64,000 nucleotides of DNA from contig NW_024704743.1 in the NCBI RefSeq assembly GCF_018977255.1, positions 64,916,001-64,980,000 on the forward strand. Reading direction: 5' to 3'. Source of the DNA: Callorhinchus milii. Taxonomy: Eukaryota. The number at the start of each line of letters is the position of its first letter. Within the stretch, counting starts at the first letter, position 1. A program made the position numbers and the translations under genes. Under the pieces are notes generated by a model. The model did not search any database and was not told the DNA's origin. It saw only the letters and a program-made list of their open reading frames with translations. Positions 26,067 through 38,855 of this stretch are shown one piece after another.

Positions 26067-26515
26067 TACAACAACAACAAGATTCCATTTATAGAGCGCC
26101 TTTCACGTCGGGAGGACGTCCCAAGGTGCTGTACAGTTGGGTCAGGACCCGAGCGGGGGGAAATGGTCAGGGTGAGGGAAGGGAAGGGAGGGAGCGAGGA
26201 GGGGGTAGAGAGTCGAGAGGGGAGCTGAAGGCACGGTCAAAGAGAAAGGTCTTGAGACCGGCCTTGAAGGAGGAAAGGGAGGAGGCGGCGAAGGCACTGG
26301 GGATGGAGTTCCAGCGCCTCGGGGCTGAGAGGCTGAAGGCCCGACCACCGATGGTAGGGCGGTTGGGGCGGGGGATGTGGAGCAGACCGGAGCCAGAGGA
26401 ACGGAGGGTACGGGCAGGTAGGTAGGGGGATAGTAGGTCAGAGAGGTAGGAGGGAGCGAGGCCATGAATGGCCTTGTAGGTGAGGATGAGGATCTTGAAT
26501 TCAAGCTTGAACTGG
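26067..26515 (-). mobile_element. Young L2 LINE 3' end
   Basis: FKILILTYKAIHGLAPSYLSDLL...GGRAFS; CpGs intact; (ttg)n tail. Confidence 0.92.
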
Positions 26516-26664
26516 TGTGTGCCATGTTTATACTCCATATGAGCCTCCCTCTACCGCTCATATTGGCAGCCATTTAACCCAAGCATTTTCCTGCTCCCAG
26601 CATCACATCGATGATCATCCAATTTTAGTTGCCCATTATTCTACACAATAATATTTACTTATCT

Positions 26665-26920
26665 ATAATAATAATAATTGCATTTGATATAGCGCCTTAT
26701 TAACTCTTCGAGAACTCTCAAAGCGCTTCACAGAATAACTAAAGTGAATTGATGCATATTTGGCACTGATCAGACATTGCTGTGCGCTATTGGCTGCCGC
26801 GTTCGCCCACAAATATACAGTCAATTCACTTTACAGTGTGTTCTGTGAAGCGCTTTGGGACGTCCTCCCGACGTGAAAAGCGCTATATCAAATGCAAGGA
26901 TTATTATTATTATTATTATT
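26665..26920. mobile_element. Two divergently oriented SINE 3' halves (- then +)
   Basis: aataattgcatttgatatagcgcc on the left; gcgctatatcaaatgcaagg(att)n on the right. Confidence 0.8.
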
Positions 26921-27413
26921 AAAGATCCTATTTGTAGCCTAACCAACCCAGCCAATTTGCAATATATAGCTACCATGTTTGCCTACAAAGACAGCCACAA
27001 TTAATACTTAACCTCAATCACTTTGAAACATTGTTATAGGTATTATGTGGCCTGGGGAAAAACCAAGAGATGCACTTTTCTGTGTAATAATGAATAATAA
27101 TCCTTGCATCTGAAATAATGCTTTATGAGACATCTGAAAGAACTTCACAGGATATACTGTAGAGTGGTGTGACTGTGTATTTTGTAGATTTGTACATGAT
27201 TTTCATAGTCGGAAAATCCCCTTGGTTCTAGACTTTGAATTCCTTAATCAACAATTTTTGATTTTTCCCAATTACACTGAATGTCAAATTATGGTACATG
27301 AACATAAATGAAGTTGAGCATTTGTTTTACAAATGAGTAATTCAAATGATTACCTTTTCCTCACTATCAATTAATTCTACCAAAGCAAACAAGATTCAAA
27401 TCATTTTGTTTAC

Positions 27414-27530
27414 CCTCCACGTGTTGCCCTCTTCCATAGCTGCACTTTGTGCCTCTAAGGGATTCTCAATGACTCGACCTGTGTGCCCAGAAAAATCCAT
27501 AGCTACCAACGAATTTTCTGATGCACTTCT
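27414..27530 (-). CDS. GRB10: GRB10 exon, 117 nt (BPS): [39 protein letters not shown]
   Basis: ttttcag|aga...agg|gtaaa; [12 protein letters not shown] signature of the Grb7/10/14 BPS region. Confidence 0.96.
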
Positions 27531-27725
27531 CTGAAAATAATGAAAACAGAAACAAAACATTGTTAAAAAGAACTGATAAAATATCTTGATTTAGATAATT
27601 GATTTACTTATGTCCTACAACATATATTAAGTGACTGGACACATCCTACAAAAGTCGGGTGAAAGAGCAAATTAGAATTCATAAAATTGTCGGGTGGGGA
27701 GGGGTGAAGAGGAAGCGATACTTAC

Positions 27726-27803
27726 CACCGGTGTAGTGAAGTGGGATTGTAATGCTTTTCTCTGCTGAGGAATCAGATAGTTCTGGTACAACAACATGCC
27801 ATA
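27726..27803 (-). CDS. GRB10: GRB10 exon, 78 nt: [26 protein letters not shown]
   Basis: ctttag|tat...gtg|gtaag; near-identical to GRB10 YGMLLYQNY. Confidence 0.96.
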
Positions 27804-27884
27804 CTAAAGAAATGAAAAGGAAAAAATGCCAACTGTTATTTTTAAAATCTTGTTTGCATACCGCATAAAGGTAGTATAATAACT

Positions 27885-28022
27885 GGGTTCCTACTTACTG
27901 CTAGGTAACCCGAGGAGTGTGGAGTGAGGAAACTTGCCCAACATTTCGCCCTGCCCGTGAAGCACACCCAAGTCCTCTCACTTGCGAGGCGAGTGCTCTA
28001 ACCACTAAGCTCCAGGACTCCA
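27885..28022 (-). mobile_element. SINE tRNA-derived head only
   Basis: Reverse complement tggagtcctggagcttagtggttagagcactcgcctcgcaag. Confidence 0.8.
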
Positions 28023-28189
28023 TGTTGTTTAGATATCAGAATATTCTGAATATCTTTACCACCAACCAGAAATTCTATTTTTATATATAAAAAACAGCCA
28101 ATGAAATGTATTTTTGTTGAGTTTTAAGCTTTAAGCAATTATTTTTCTAATCCATCGCCATGGTCTATGTATGCCTCTCTGCTCTTGCC

Positions 28190-28535
28190 TCCTTGTGTTG
28201 GGAGTCTAGTTCTACAGGTGCTGGTTGCCCTCCAGTACCCTACCTAAGTTGCCATTGTTCACGTGTGAGCCTTGGCAGGAAGTGTTGTCAGGTCTCTTGA
28301 TTATAGAGGGAATTATAGCCAAGAATCTGCACCTCTTCCCCTCTGGCTACTACACACACACACACATATATATAATATATAACTTGTAGAGGGTGCTGTA
28401 GAGGGAAGACCCTAGCCGGTTTGCCCTTCCCTCCCTAAATCTGGGAAGGTCAATTTAGTTTCCCCATGAGGCAGACTGATCGCCAAACTCAGCACTGGGA
28501 TTCAAAACCAGCAAACCCTGGTCCATAGTTTGGGG
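28190..28535 (-). mobile_element. Old SINE resembling AmnSINE2 (from memory of the consensus); related head at ~25730-25812 (+)
   Basis: Minus strand aggctcacacgtgaacaatggcaacttaggtagggtactggagggc. Confidence 0.4.
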
Positions 28536-28676
28536 GTTTATAAAATTTGTCAACTAAACCTTTAAAACTAATAAAAAGAAAAGGGAAAATGAAATAGTAC
28601 ACATTTTCATATAAATTCATTTGTTATTCTAAAGGATAGTTACATCACAAATTGACCAGTTATCTCAACACAATAC

Positions 28677-28775
28677 CTTAAGGAGTCGAAAGGCTGTCAT
28701 CCAGCATGTCCTACTCTGTTCATCTTCTGCACATAACAGTCGAAGCTCTTTTGTTTCATTCCTCATTTTGATGGG
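28677..28775 (-). CDS. GRB10: GRB10 exon, 99 nt (PH end): [33 protein letters not shown]
   Basis: ttgcag|ccc...aag|gtatt; PH C-terminal helix with Trp. Confidence 0.96.
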
Positions 28776-29175
28776 CTGCAATGAATAAAGAAAACTACAA
28801 TAAAGCAAGCAATCATTTCTGAAATTTAGAAATTTAAGTCTGGGACATCATTACATTTGCAGTTGTGGCAAAATAATTAAAACCTAAATTGTTCATTTTA
28901 AAATGTAATAACATGTTTATATTTGACCAAATTATTCATATCAGGTTAAAAATAATTACAGCATACTTCATATGATGTACATCAAGCGACAATTCAAACA
29001 TATCTGTGCCATTGACTGATGTGAAAATGAGAAATAAAACACAGAAGGATAAGATCGCTAAGGCTACCTTTTATTGAAGAACATTGCTGAGATTTTATTT
29101 TGTAGAACTCTGAGAATTTCAATTTCTTAGGATGATGATGATGCTTTTGAAACAAAATGCAAGTTTAAAAATTAC

Positions 29176-29286
29176 CTTTATGCAAAACCCATAATCAGTT
29201 GGTGCACCACAAGTCTTTTTGCCTGCGACTAGTGAGAAGACATTACAGTCCTCAATGTCAGCCAATAGTTGGAGATGTCTTGGTTC
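29176..29286 (-). CDS. GRB10: GRB10 exon, 111 nt (PH): [37 protein letters not shown]
   Basis: ccacag|gaa...aag|gtaat. Confidence 0.95.
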
Positions 29287-29377
29287 CTGTGGAAATTATG
29301 GGAAGAAGCCTTTAGAATTTGTATAACAGCTGCTTAGTGATTGATTATTTTTCATTTCCCAGTAATAAACATGAAAC

Positions 29378-29765
29378 TGGAGTCCTGTAGTTTAGTGATT
29401 AAAAAGCGCTTGCCTTGCAAGCGAGAGGAACTGAATTTGATTCCCGGGCAGAGCGATAAGTTAGGAAAATTTCCTTACTCCACACACCTCGGTTTACCTA
29501 GTAAGCCAGAAGCTAGTTGTTAGTCGATAGGCAGATCGCTTTTCCGGGGTAATAATCTCTTCAATTTAAAATAAAAAATAGAAAAAATGTAGTCACTGAA
29601 CCTGTGACTGTTTGTGGGACACTGCTTTATGTAATTGCGTTTCCCCCCACAAAATATAGTCAATTCACTTTACAGTATATTCTGTGAAGCGTTTTGTGAC
29701 TCTCGAAGACATGATAAGGTGCTACATCAAATTATTATTATCAAATGCAAGGATTATTATTATTA
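29378..29765 (+). mobile_element. tRNA-Ala/Deu SINE (subfamily B) with duplicated tail
   Basis: Head, gatcgctttttccgggg middle, atcaaat...atcaaatgcaagg(att)n. Confidence 0.85.
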
Positions 29766-31269
29766 ACTGCAGAACAAGGATTTTAAACATAATTGCTTAA
29801 AACCACTAGATGGCAATAGATCAGAGAACCATAGTAAAAGTAATTATAACAACAATAATAGCTCTTGCCTTTATTTATTTATTTATTTATTTGTAGTGCT
29901 TAGTTATGTTGTCAAAATGTCTCAAAAGCGCTTCACAAGATTTACTATAAAGTGTAATGACTATTTGCAGGTGAACATGATAGCTAATTTCCATACAGCA
30001 AAGACCCACAAACAGCCATGAAGTGAATGACCAATTTGATGTGAGGTTTGTTGGCCAGGACACTGGGAGAACCTTTTTTACACAAATAGTGCCAAGGGCT
30101 CTTTTAACATCCATCTGAACAGGCAGACAAGACCGATTTGGTATCATCCAAAAGATGGGATTTTACTTCAAGAAATAAATCACATTTTACACTACTAATG
30201 GCACAAATTAATCTATATGAAGCAATACTATACGCAACTTAAGAGTTCAGCCATTTACATTTGATATTTAAATTAAGGAACACTTTTTATGTTTATTTAA
30301 AACCTAGGGTTTGGCAGAAGAGACCCACTCTGCTATTTTTCTCCCCTCAATTCTGCATATTTACAACAAAATATTCATAGAGGCTAAACATAAGTACAAT
30401 TCTGGGTCTCTGGAACCTTCCAAATAAATGTGACTCAGTATCGTATCATCAGAGATGCAGATTTCACTGAGGGATGAGAAAATGATCCTTTAACCTTTGT
30501 TGGCTAGTCCTACTCAGTGCTTATCAGAAAAGAGTAGTAAGAGTATTTGGGTGTAATGCAAGTTACACTGGTGCAAAACTGACATTTAGATTGCTTTGTA
30601 GAACAAATAACAATTTTCAATAACAATATTAAACAACAATAAATGATACATTGGGAAGAGTTATTATAAAAGATATACAAAAGAGATGGAAGTTGTGTTA
30701 AACATATTTTTCATATAATGTTTCATAAATTAAACTCAAATTCTGGGTTCTGCTGTTTTGGTTTAGCAATCTTTTAACACCATTTAATACTAAATAATCT
30801 ACTGTAAATAATAATAGTGCCTCTAACATTGAAAAAAATCTCAAACACTTCACAGGAAATGGTTATCAATTGGACTAACTGTCAATACAGTCACTTTGCT
30901 CAGAGTAAGGTTGCACAAACAACTGTGAAGTGAATGACCTAGAGGAATATGAGAACGTGGTCAAATTCTTTACAATTATGGTGCAGCATGTAATGATGCA
31001 AATGCATAAGGAGGCTATGTGACTCAAATCATGAAAACATGAGAATTTCCCCTTCCCCACAGATAAGTGCACAGCTAATGCCATATCAATTCTTCAAAAC
31101 AAACTGGGATTTGCTTGCAAACAGTATTGAAAGATACAGGGATCAGTCCAGATAAATATGCTCCACGCAACGGTAAGTTGACCCTCAAAATTAAAAAATC
31201 AACCTTCAGTACACCCACCCCCTAAATGTTTTCTTTAAATACTTCAAGATATTGCAAATTGTAGCTTAC

Positions 31270-31407
31270 CTTTGAAGTACCTTTTAAGGAACAGTAAAAT
31301 CCTGATCTTCGCAAAAATACATACAATTTCTTCCATGATTTCTTTCCCAGTTCTTTTATATGCAAGAATCCCTGAATTTCAGGGCAGCTGTTGGAGTTCA
31401 AGAAATC
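31270..31407 (-). CDS. GRB10: GRB10 exon, 138 nt (PH start): [46 protein letters not shown]
   Basis: tttacag|gat...aag|gtaag; GKKSWKK motif. Confidence 0.96.
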
Positions 31408-32365
31408 CTGTAAAAAAATAAAATTAAGTATTTTTTAAAATTACAGAAAAATTTATATCAAAAATGTTGGGATTGAAAATCGTGTACTGGAGCGAATCAA
31501 TATACATCGCCAACTCATGAGACCTCAGCTCCAAACTGATACAGTGGGTTGGAGTGATATGCACTTTATTTCCTGAGAAGCTTTTTGAGACGCTACCACT
31601 ATCGTGATATTACGCTTTCAACTCATTATGAAATGCTTGCAGTGAGGAAGGGCTGGACTACTTTTCACATCAATGGTTTCAATGTTGTTTTTTCAGATAC
31701 AAGCTAGTAAAACAAATAAGCTAAATTGTCATGGATCTGACGCAAAGTTGATGCATGCTCTAAACCGTCCAATTCTCTGATAAAAAAANTCTTATGACAA
31801 CTACATGGCAACCCCATTATAACACGGTGGTCTGGGTCCATTATAAGAAAGGGCCGTAAAATAGTTGACATCCAGGTTGGCTGGTCACCACTGCCACCAC
31901 TTTCTGTGCAATGAGGACTGCACTGCTGATGTTACTTCCTTTACAAAGTTAGCGCTCCAAGCAAACTCGCAATCAACTGGCGTATGTACGTTTTAATGGG
32001 GTCAGCCTCAATCACCTGTTCTAGTTGGGAGTAGGAGGTGGAAACTATGGTGAGGAAAATAGTGTAATATGTAATCGATTTGTATTCTTGAGTGGTCTAC
32101 TTTGCAGTTCAGATCTTCAAATTCAATGGTACTTACATTTTGGATCTTCCTAAATGAATTCAAGGCTGGAGGGTTTTGAAAACAGTTTCTCAGTGCTGAC
32201 TGAAATACATTTTACTAACATTTTAGGTTTAGAATTTTAGGTTAGAGAATGTTTACATCCACAACCCATTAAGAGTGATAAGCAATCTAACTATATATGT
32301 GATTGAAAATTAAATACATCTTCAAAAAGAAAAACCTCAGAAATATACTCAAACATGAATCTTAC

Positions 32366-32440
32366 CTGCAAGAGCTGTGAACGTGGATTGCTTCCATTTG
32401 ATTCTTGGCACCAAGTCACCATTTGTTCTGGAAAGAAGGT
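32366..32440 (-). CDS. GRB10: GRB10 exon, 75 nt (RA-PH linker): TFFPEQMVTWCQESNGSNPRSQLLQ
   Basis: gacag|acc...cag|gtaag; FFPEQMVTWC. Confidence 0.94.
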
Positions 32441-34364
32441 CTGTCAAACAAAGAATGTTATTCAAAAACATGTACTTAATAAATCTTATATGGTTTGATT
32501 TTTTAAAAAAAGTGAAAGGTAAACAATTTAAGTCTAGTATCACGATAGTTTGCGAGTTCACATCCCCCATACTGTCAGCTATTCAGAGTTATCTATCTCA
32601 TTTAGTTAAGTTTACTCATTTCCAGGTCAGCTCGCCCCATTAGCTTGGCACACTGAAGTCAGGCATTTCTGGGAGACATCATTTAAATTTTCTTGTTTAA
32701 CTTGCACAGCTAGTTACCTCAAAACTAAAGATGATAGCTGCAGATAAATTTGTGGGCTAGATTATCTCATATTCCTAACTAGAAGATGCAGGACACAGAG
32801 AGAAGGCCCAAACATTTTGAAGCAAATAGCAAAATAGATTTAAGAAAAATCAATGCATAAATGAGGGAGAAGGGGATAGAGGAGTACAGGTGAGGGGAAT
32901 AAGTGGGGTAGAAGCTCACTTGGAGTTTAAACACCAGCATGGACCAGTTGTGCCGAATGGCCCGTTTTTGTGCCATAACTCCAGGTTTGTGTTTATAAAA
33001 AAAAGTTTGTGATTATCATTTCAAATTGATTCTCCCAACTCTCTGCAAGTGTCACATTAATTGTTCTCTAAAGGTAAACTACATAAAACTATTAAGTAGC
33101 CTCCACTCAGGCCTGATCCATGTCCTCTGCCCTATCCAGCTCCAAAAATCAAGCAAACTTTCAGCCACTCTCCGGAACTCCATTCTTATTGTGACATCCC
33201 AGAGTCCCTCCGACACGCTTCCTCCCTCAATGTGCACCTCAAGATACAATTGTAAAACACTGCTACAGACAAGAACAACCAAGAAAGTAGATCATACTTG
33301 CATAATGAAGGAAATGGACCAAAATTTAGTAACAAAAATATTCTTAATTCAATTAGAAAAAGTAAATGGGAGGTAGTCTTAGTTTCATCTATCCTTTACT
33401 GATGCATGAAGATTTGTATTTAACGTTAAGTAACATTTACGGACAACACACCAAAAACTATAATCCAATCTTGCAATAACCCAATCTTGCAATATCCCAA
33501 ATACGTCAGCAAAGGATACTAAAACTATAGAACTGTACTGGTAGGCAATCCCTAATATATTGACCGATGAGCATTTATAATGTGAATATTTTATATAATT
33601 GTTATTAAAGTGGCAAGTCAAAGGAGGGACAGCACGGAGGAACACATGCATTACAAAACCCACCTCACTGCAATGAGATTTTCAGAAATGCACACTGTTA
33701 AGCCAGTTCCAGAACCTGCTTAAGTGAGAGTGCATCATATTACGTACGTATTACTAGAACTGTATAGCACTGAGGCAGGTTTTGGTATGTGTGCAATTCT
33801 TGGAACCACCTTTTGTGTACAATCCAGAAACTGGCAGTAGAGAGACAGGTTTCGAATCTTTAAGATATCCTTAAGAGTCCGAAAAATAATTATGAATTTA
33901 ACTTTAAATATTAAAATTCACTGATTTATGTCATCATAAAAAAACAAATAAGCATTCTACTGTATTTGTAAGGCTCAGAATTACGTCTTTGTCAAGTCTA
34001 AAACAAAATATTATACTCAAGACTATATTGCCAGAGTCCTAGATCATACTTTGCAGTGAATTTCTTATAGAGTACACGTCATAGACGTGAAGAATGGTGC
34101 ACCTGAACTTCATGTGGTTTAAATTTGGTCAATTTTGGACACTGGTAGATAAAACCAACACATTTTAGATTTTCAACTTAGTTTGGCATTCAATCGCTAG
34201 AATATTATATATGGTTATCATTTATATAGAGAATAGATCTATCTATACCAAACGCAATGGTTATTATATATAATAATTATATATTTTATATTATAAATAT
34301 AACTATATATAATAACCATTGTGTTTGGTATAGCTCCTTATCACGCTGCCTAAATGCCTCAAAA

Positions 34365-34745
34365 TCACTTCACAGGATTTAGAAGGCAGAGTGCAGTGAC
34401 AAAATAATAATCCTTACTTTCGATATAGCGCCTTTCATGCAGGGAGGATGTCTCGGATCTCATAGCATTATATATTGTAAATGTAATGACTGTGTATTTT
34501 GTAGGTAAACTTGGAAACTCCCTCATCATTTTAAATAGTGCTATGATACTTTTAACATCCACCTCAACAGGTAGACTGGACCTCTCATTCAAAGGACGGC
34601 ACCACCGACAATATAGCGCACCTCCTAAACTGCACTGAAGTGTCAACCTAAACTATGAGTTCAAAATCCATTTGTGGGGCTTGAAACCATGACATTCGGA
34701 CTCAAAAGTCAGAGAACTACCAACTGAGCTAAGCCAGGTTGACAC
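34365..34745 (-). mobile_element. Older SacSINE1-like Deu SINE; other copies near 5530, 13380, 13970, 29890, 47430
   Basis: Minus-strand ctcagttggtagttctctgac head, ggtgccgtccttt, gtggatgttaaaag. Confidence 0.65.
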
Positions 34746-35282
34746 CTATTGCCTATTTTTGTGCAAGGGAAAAAATTGTGCAATAAATAAAGTTATTAAA
34801 TAACAGATGTGATGTTTTAAAATGTATTAAACCGTTTAAAAAAAANCTTACTGCATGTTTGTGTGTGTGTGGTGGTGGGGGGTGGTTGCTTAGCCAGCTG
34901 TCGAACACATAGAAACTTATCACCATACTTAGGAGTTTCCAAGCCAGAAAGAGTTGCAGAAACGTATGCCACCTGTACATGTAAATGTCCACATCTGAAA
35001 TGGAATGTGCATTCTGTCCTTGAAAGGATGCACCCTGCTTAGCCAATTATAGAGCGTTAGGCAAAGGTTGGCAAGAGGTTTGGAGAACCCTTTCCGGAGA
35101 GCATTGTCTGACAAGCTGCACAGTGTTTGTCCAGCTCGGATTACTTTGGGACTTTGGCTTGCAGCGTTAATAGGAGCAAAGTGGGAAGAATCCCTACTCC
35201 CATTGAATTTGTAGTTGATGCGTAAATATTTCAAAAACGTAGAAGTCATTTAAAATATTAGCTATAAAATTCAATTACTTAC

Positions 35283-35404
35283 CGTAGGACTTTTAAAAAA
35301 TTCATATTTGGCATAGTTTTTCCTAAATAAAAATCTGCTCTCATTTCCCATTATCCACGTGGTTTGTATTTGCACTACCATTTCATGGTCTTCCAAACAT
35401 CTCT
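35283..35404 (-). CDS. GRB10: GRB10 exon, 122 nt (RA end): [41 protein letters not shown]
   Basis: ttccag|ag...acg|gtaag; EDHE and [12 protein letters not shown] motifs. Confidence 0.96.
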
Positions 35405-35516
35405 CTGGAAAAAAGACATTAAATTGTACCTAAATTATTTCAGGTAACATAGACCACAATCTGAATGGGTTACTAAAAGACAAAACTAAATACATTGCAA
35501 AACTAAATACATTATT

Positions 35517-35745
35517 CAACAACAACAACAACAAGATTCCATTTATAAAGCGCCTTTCACGTCAGGAGGACGTCCCAAGGCGCTGCACAGTTGGGTCATG
35601 GCCCGAGCAGGGGGGAAATGGTCAGGGTGAGGGAAAATATTCACCCACAAATATACAGTCAATTCACTTTACAGTGTGTTCTGTGAAGCGCTTTGGGACG
35701 TCCTCCCGACGTGAAAAACGCTATATCAAATGCAAGGATTATTAT
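35517..35745. mobile_element. L2 3' end (-) joined directly to a SINE 3' end (+)
   Basis: (aac)n-aagattccatttat at left matches 26067; gcaagg(att)n at right matches 12302. Confidence 0.9.
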
Positions 35746-35859
35746 GAAAGATAAATCTGAGTCAAAATGCCTCAAATTAATTCCTGTTACATGTTGCGAT
35801 TATTTTTGTAGGCAAATACAAGCTTCTACAAATAACCAAGTGAATAATAAATTTACTGT

Positions 35860-36625
35860 AAAATAATAATTCTTGCATTTGGTGTACTGCCTTATCAGGA
35901 CATCAAAACATCTCAATGAGCTTCACATAATTTACTAAAGGGCAGTGATTATATATTTTATAGGCAAATGTGGCAGCCCACAGACAACTGCAAAGTGAAT
36001 GACCAATTTTATTTTAGGGACTATTGGCCAAGACACTGGAAAAAACTTTCTTCTCTTTTCAAATAGTGCAATGGTTCTTTAACATCCACATGAACAAGCA
36101 GACTGGACCTCGGTTGAGTGTCTCATTTGAAGGATGGCATCTCCAACAATATAGCACTCCCACAGCCCTGTTTGGGATTGTCAGCTTAGACTATGAATTC
36201 AATGTCTTAATTGAATCCACAACCCATATACTCAGCCTGGCACAATGGTAGCACTCTCTCCTCTGAGTCAGAAGGTTGATCAAGCCCCACACTGAGACTT
36301 GAAATCACCATCTAAGCTGACATTCCAGTGCAATGCTGGGGGTGCCGTCCTTCGGATTAAATTGAGGTCCCATCTCCCTCTTCAGGTGGATGTTAAAGAT
36401 CCCATGGCACTATTTGAAAAGAGAAGAGTTTCTCCCGGTGTCCTGGCCAAGCAATTCCCCAAATAAAATTGGTCATTTTCACTCCATGGCTGTTTGTGGT
36501 ACATTGCTATGTACAACCGGCTACCACATTTCACCCAAAAAGTACATAATCAACCCACTTTACAGTATATCCTGTGAAGCATTTTTGAGATGTCTCAACA
36601 TATTAGACACAAGAATTATTATTAC
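35860..36625. mobile_element. Head-to-head pair of SacSINE1-like elements (- 35860-36210; + 36233-36625)
   Basis: ggtagcactctctcctctgagtcagaaggttg head; caggtggatgttaaagatcccatggcactatttg and its reverse complement. Confidence 0.7.
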
Positions 36626-38230
36626 TAATAATAAGAGTGCTTCCAACTGAGCCAGGCTAACACCTGTATCTGGAGGAATATTTGCCAGAACAGGATCAAA
36701 AGAAGCTCCCTTTTCAAATGGGAGTCATAGGATCATTAGCATCCACCCGAAACAGGCAGATGGAACCTTGGTTTAACACCTCACCCAAACGAATAGTAGT
36801 TAAGAAATCTGCTTCAACAGGAGTAGGAAATAGTCTCCCCTTGCATTACATTCCAAGAGTGATGCATGGAATGGGTGTTTATAAAGACATATTGGCGATG
36901 CAAGATTTAATAATGTTTTAATCTTTTGAGTATCGAAAAATGCTAAAAGGTACCGAACACTTCTGAAGGCCCATTCTGAATTGGTCCAAAGTTCAGTTTA
37001 GGGATGCAAGCAGCCTGCTCCTTTTCTTTAACATATGTCAAATACTACAACCAGATTTACACATTCAAGCACCATTGGATTGTGGAGGCTGTTGATACAC
37101 ATTTGTCAGATTTATACGCACTGAATATTATTAACCACATCTTTGATGTTGAGCTTGAACATTAAAATATGAATTTGAACTGGCAGGAAAATTTTGGAGG
37201 TGGTAGCATTTGCTACAACCTCAAAAAGTATAATAATATGCCTCACTAGAGCACACGTCTGCTTCTAAGATGTTTTTATGAACACCAGAAGAAATAAACC
37301 TCAAGGTTTTACATTTTTGAAACAAAAGTCGATTAAGAGGGGAACAGCAACCTGAAACTGCAGCCTTTGAGATTTATATTTTTAACAAAGTTAAATTCCC
37401 AGTACAGGCCATACAAGTGGGACCTGCAATGATGCAAGATCACAATCCTGAGGTAAAAGATGAGAGATTGCAATTTCATACATGAGGCTCACACCAAATG
37501 TAGGAAGAACTATTGATAAGGTTTGGGCTTAATTACCATTCCCTGATAATGCACACTTAAACTATTAACACACCTAAAAACTGACCTATATACTACCAGA
37601 ACTAAAACAATTAAACAGTAAGTTTGCTTCTAAGGTGGTTGTATGGGTCCTGGAGCTCAGAACCCTGCCAAAAAAGTGTGAAAAAATGGCTGCTTTCCAG
37701 GTCATCAGGTTGCCACCATCACTTCCTGCATGCTGTGCATGCGCAAGAAGTACTGCTGGCATCTCGTCCTGCATGATAAAATAATTTTAAGGTATGTAAG
37801 AAAGAATTAGAGCTGCTTCTAAATTTGGAACAAACTAAAATAAAATAATATTTAACTAAAATGCAAAACAAGAACTCTTGACTATAATATGGGGTATAAT
37901 TTGCATTATTTCTTAATTAGATGTCTTCATAAGAAATTTAAGCCACACAATGGGGATGTCAAAAACCAGAAGCCCTTCATGTCTACCCGTAGGAGTTCCA
38001 TTCCAATGTGATCTATTTCTAGAGTAGAATTCCAGTGGGTCAATTTTTAAAAAAAATAAGAGCTGTGCCTTGTTATAGCTTACCTCCTCATTAACTTTAG
38101 CAGGTTTAAATACAATATGGGAACATGGTGGACCAGCAATATACAATTTATAAAAACAAATTAGTCATGTTTAGGGTTTCAAATGGAATATTAACATTTC
38201 CCCTACACCCATTTGATATAAGATTCTTAC

Positions 38231-38387
38231 CAAGACCCAGATGATGATGATGTTCTACTAAAGTCCAGCTGTTGTCATCAACACAATGACATTTATAAAT
38301 TAGTAGCTGGCAGACATCTCTGGCTGTTATGTCTGAAGGAATTTCGATTGCTTTGCTTGTTCCATCTTCACTAAAAACTTTGATAAC
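38231..38387 (-). CDS. GRB10: GRB10 exon, 157 nt (RA start): [52 protein letters not shown]
   Basis: ttttcag|gtt...g|gtaag; KVFSEDG and HCVDDNSW motifs. Confidence 0.96.
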
Positions 38388-38813
38388 CTGAAAAAGAATG
38401 ATTTACCGCTGAACACCAATGTAACACATTGGGAAGTAATGTACATATTGGAACAACATGAATAAGCAGTCTTTAAAGTAAATATGTCAACTAATTCAAC
38501 CTATACACAAATGAATGTTATCAATTGGGTTTCTAGTGACTGAAAATAACTTAAAACTAGTTTAAATGTGAATTAGCAGATGAATAATTCCCACATAATT
38601 TATTTCCACCCAAAATAATTCAAGAACTATCCGTATCTGCCCCTCTTCCAATCAATCAATTTATGAGCTCTACAACATACTGCATTTAGGCAAACAGTTT
38701 TATTCACCATTTCTATTTTCAACATTTTCTGCTCAGAAACTCCCTTAATCAACATGAGATCAGAAATTTAAATGACATCCTGAAGGTATAGTACTTCACT
38801 TTGAATACCTTAC

Positions 38814-38855
38814 CTCAGTTTGCAAAAGGCAGCTGTTCAGTGAACAGGATGGCAT
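38814..38855 (-). CDS. Candidate alternative first coding exon of GRB10: MPSCSLNSCLLQTE, phase 0 into the RA exon
   Basis: aaaATG context, in-frame upstream TAA, donor GAG|gtaagg, frame-compatible with the exon starting at 38387; no transcript evidence. Confidence 0.45.

Noticed and set aside
26880..26920. Recurrent near-identical ~36-bp palindromic units suggesting a CRISPR-like array
   Set aside because: Dispersed, in both orientations, with no regular spacers; they are shared SINE/L2 3' tails.
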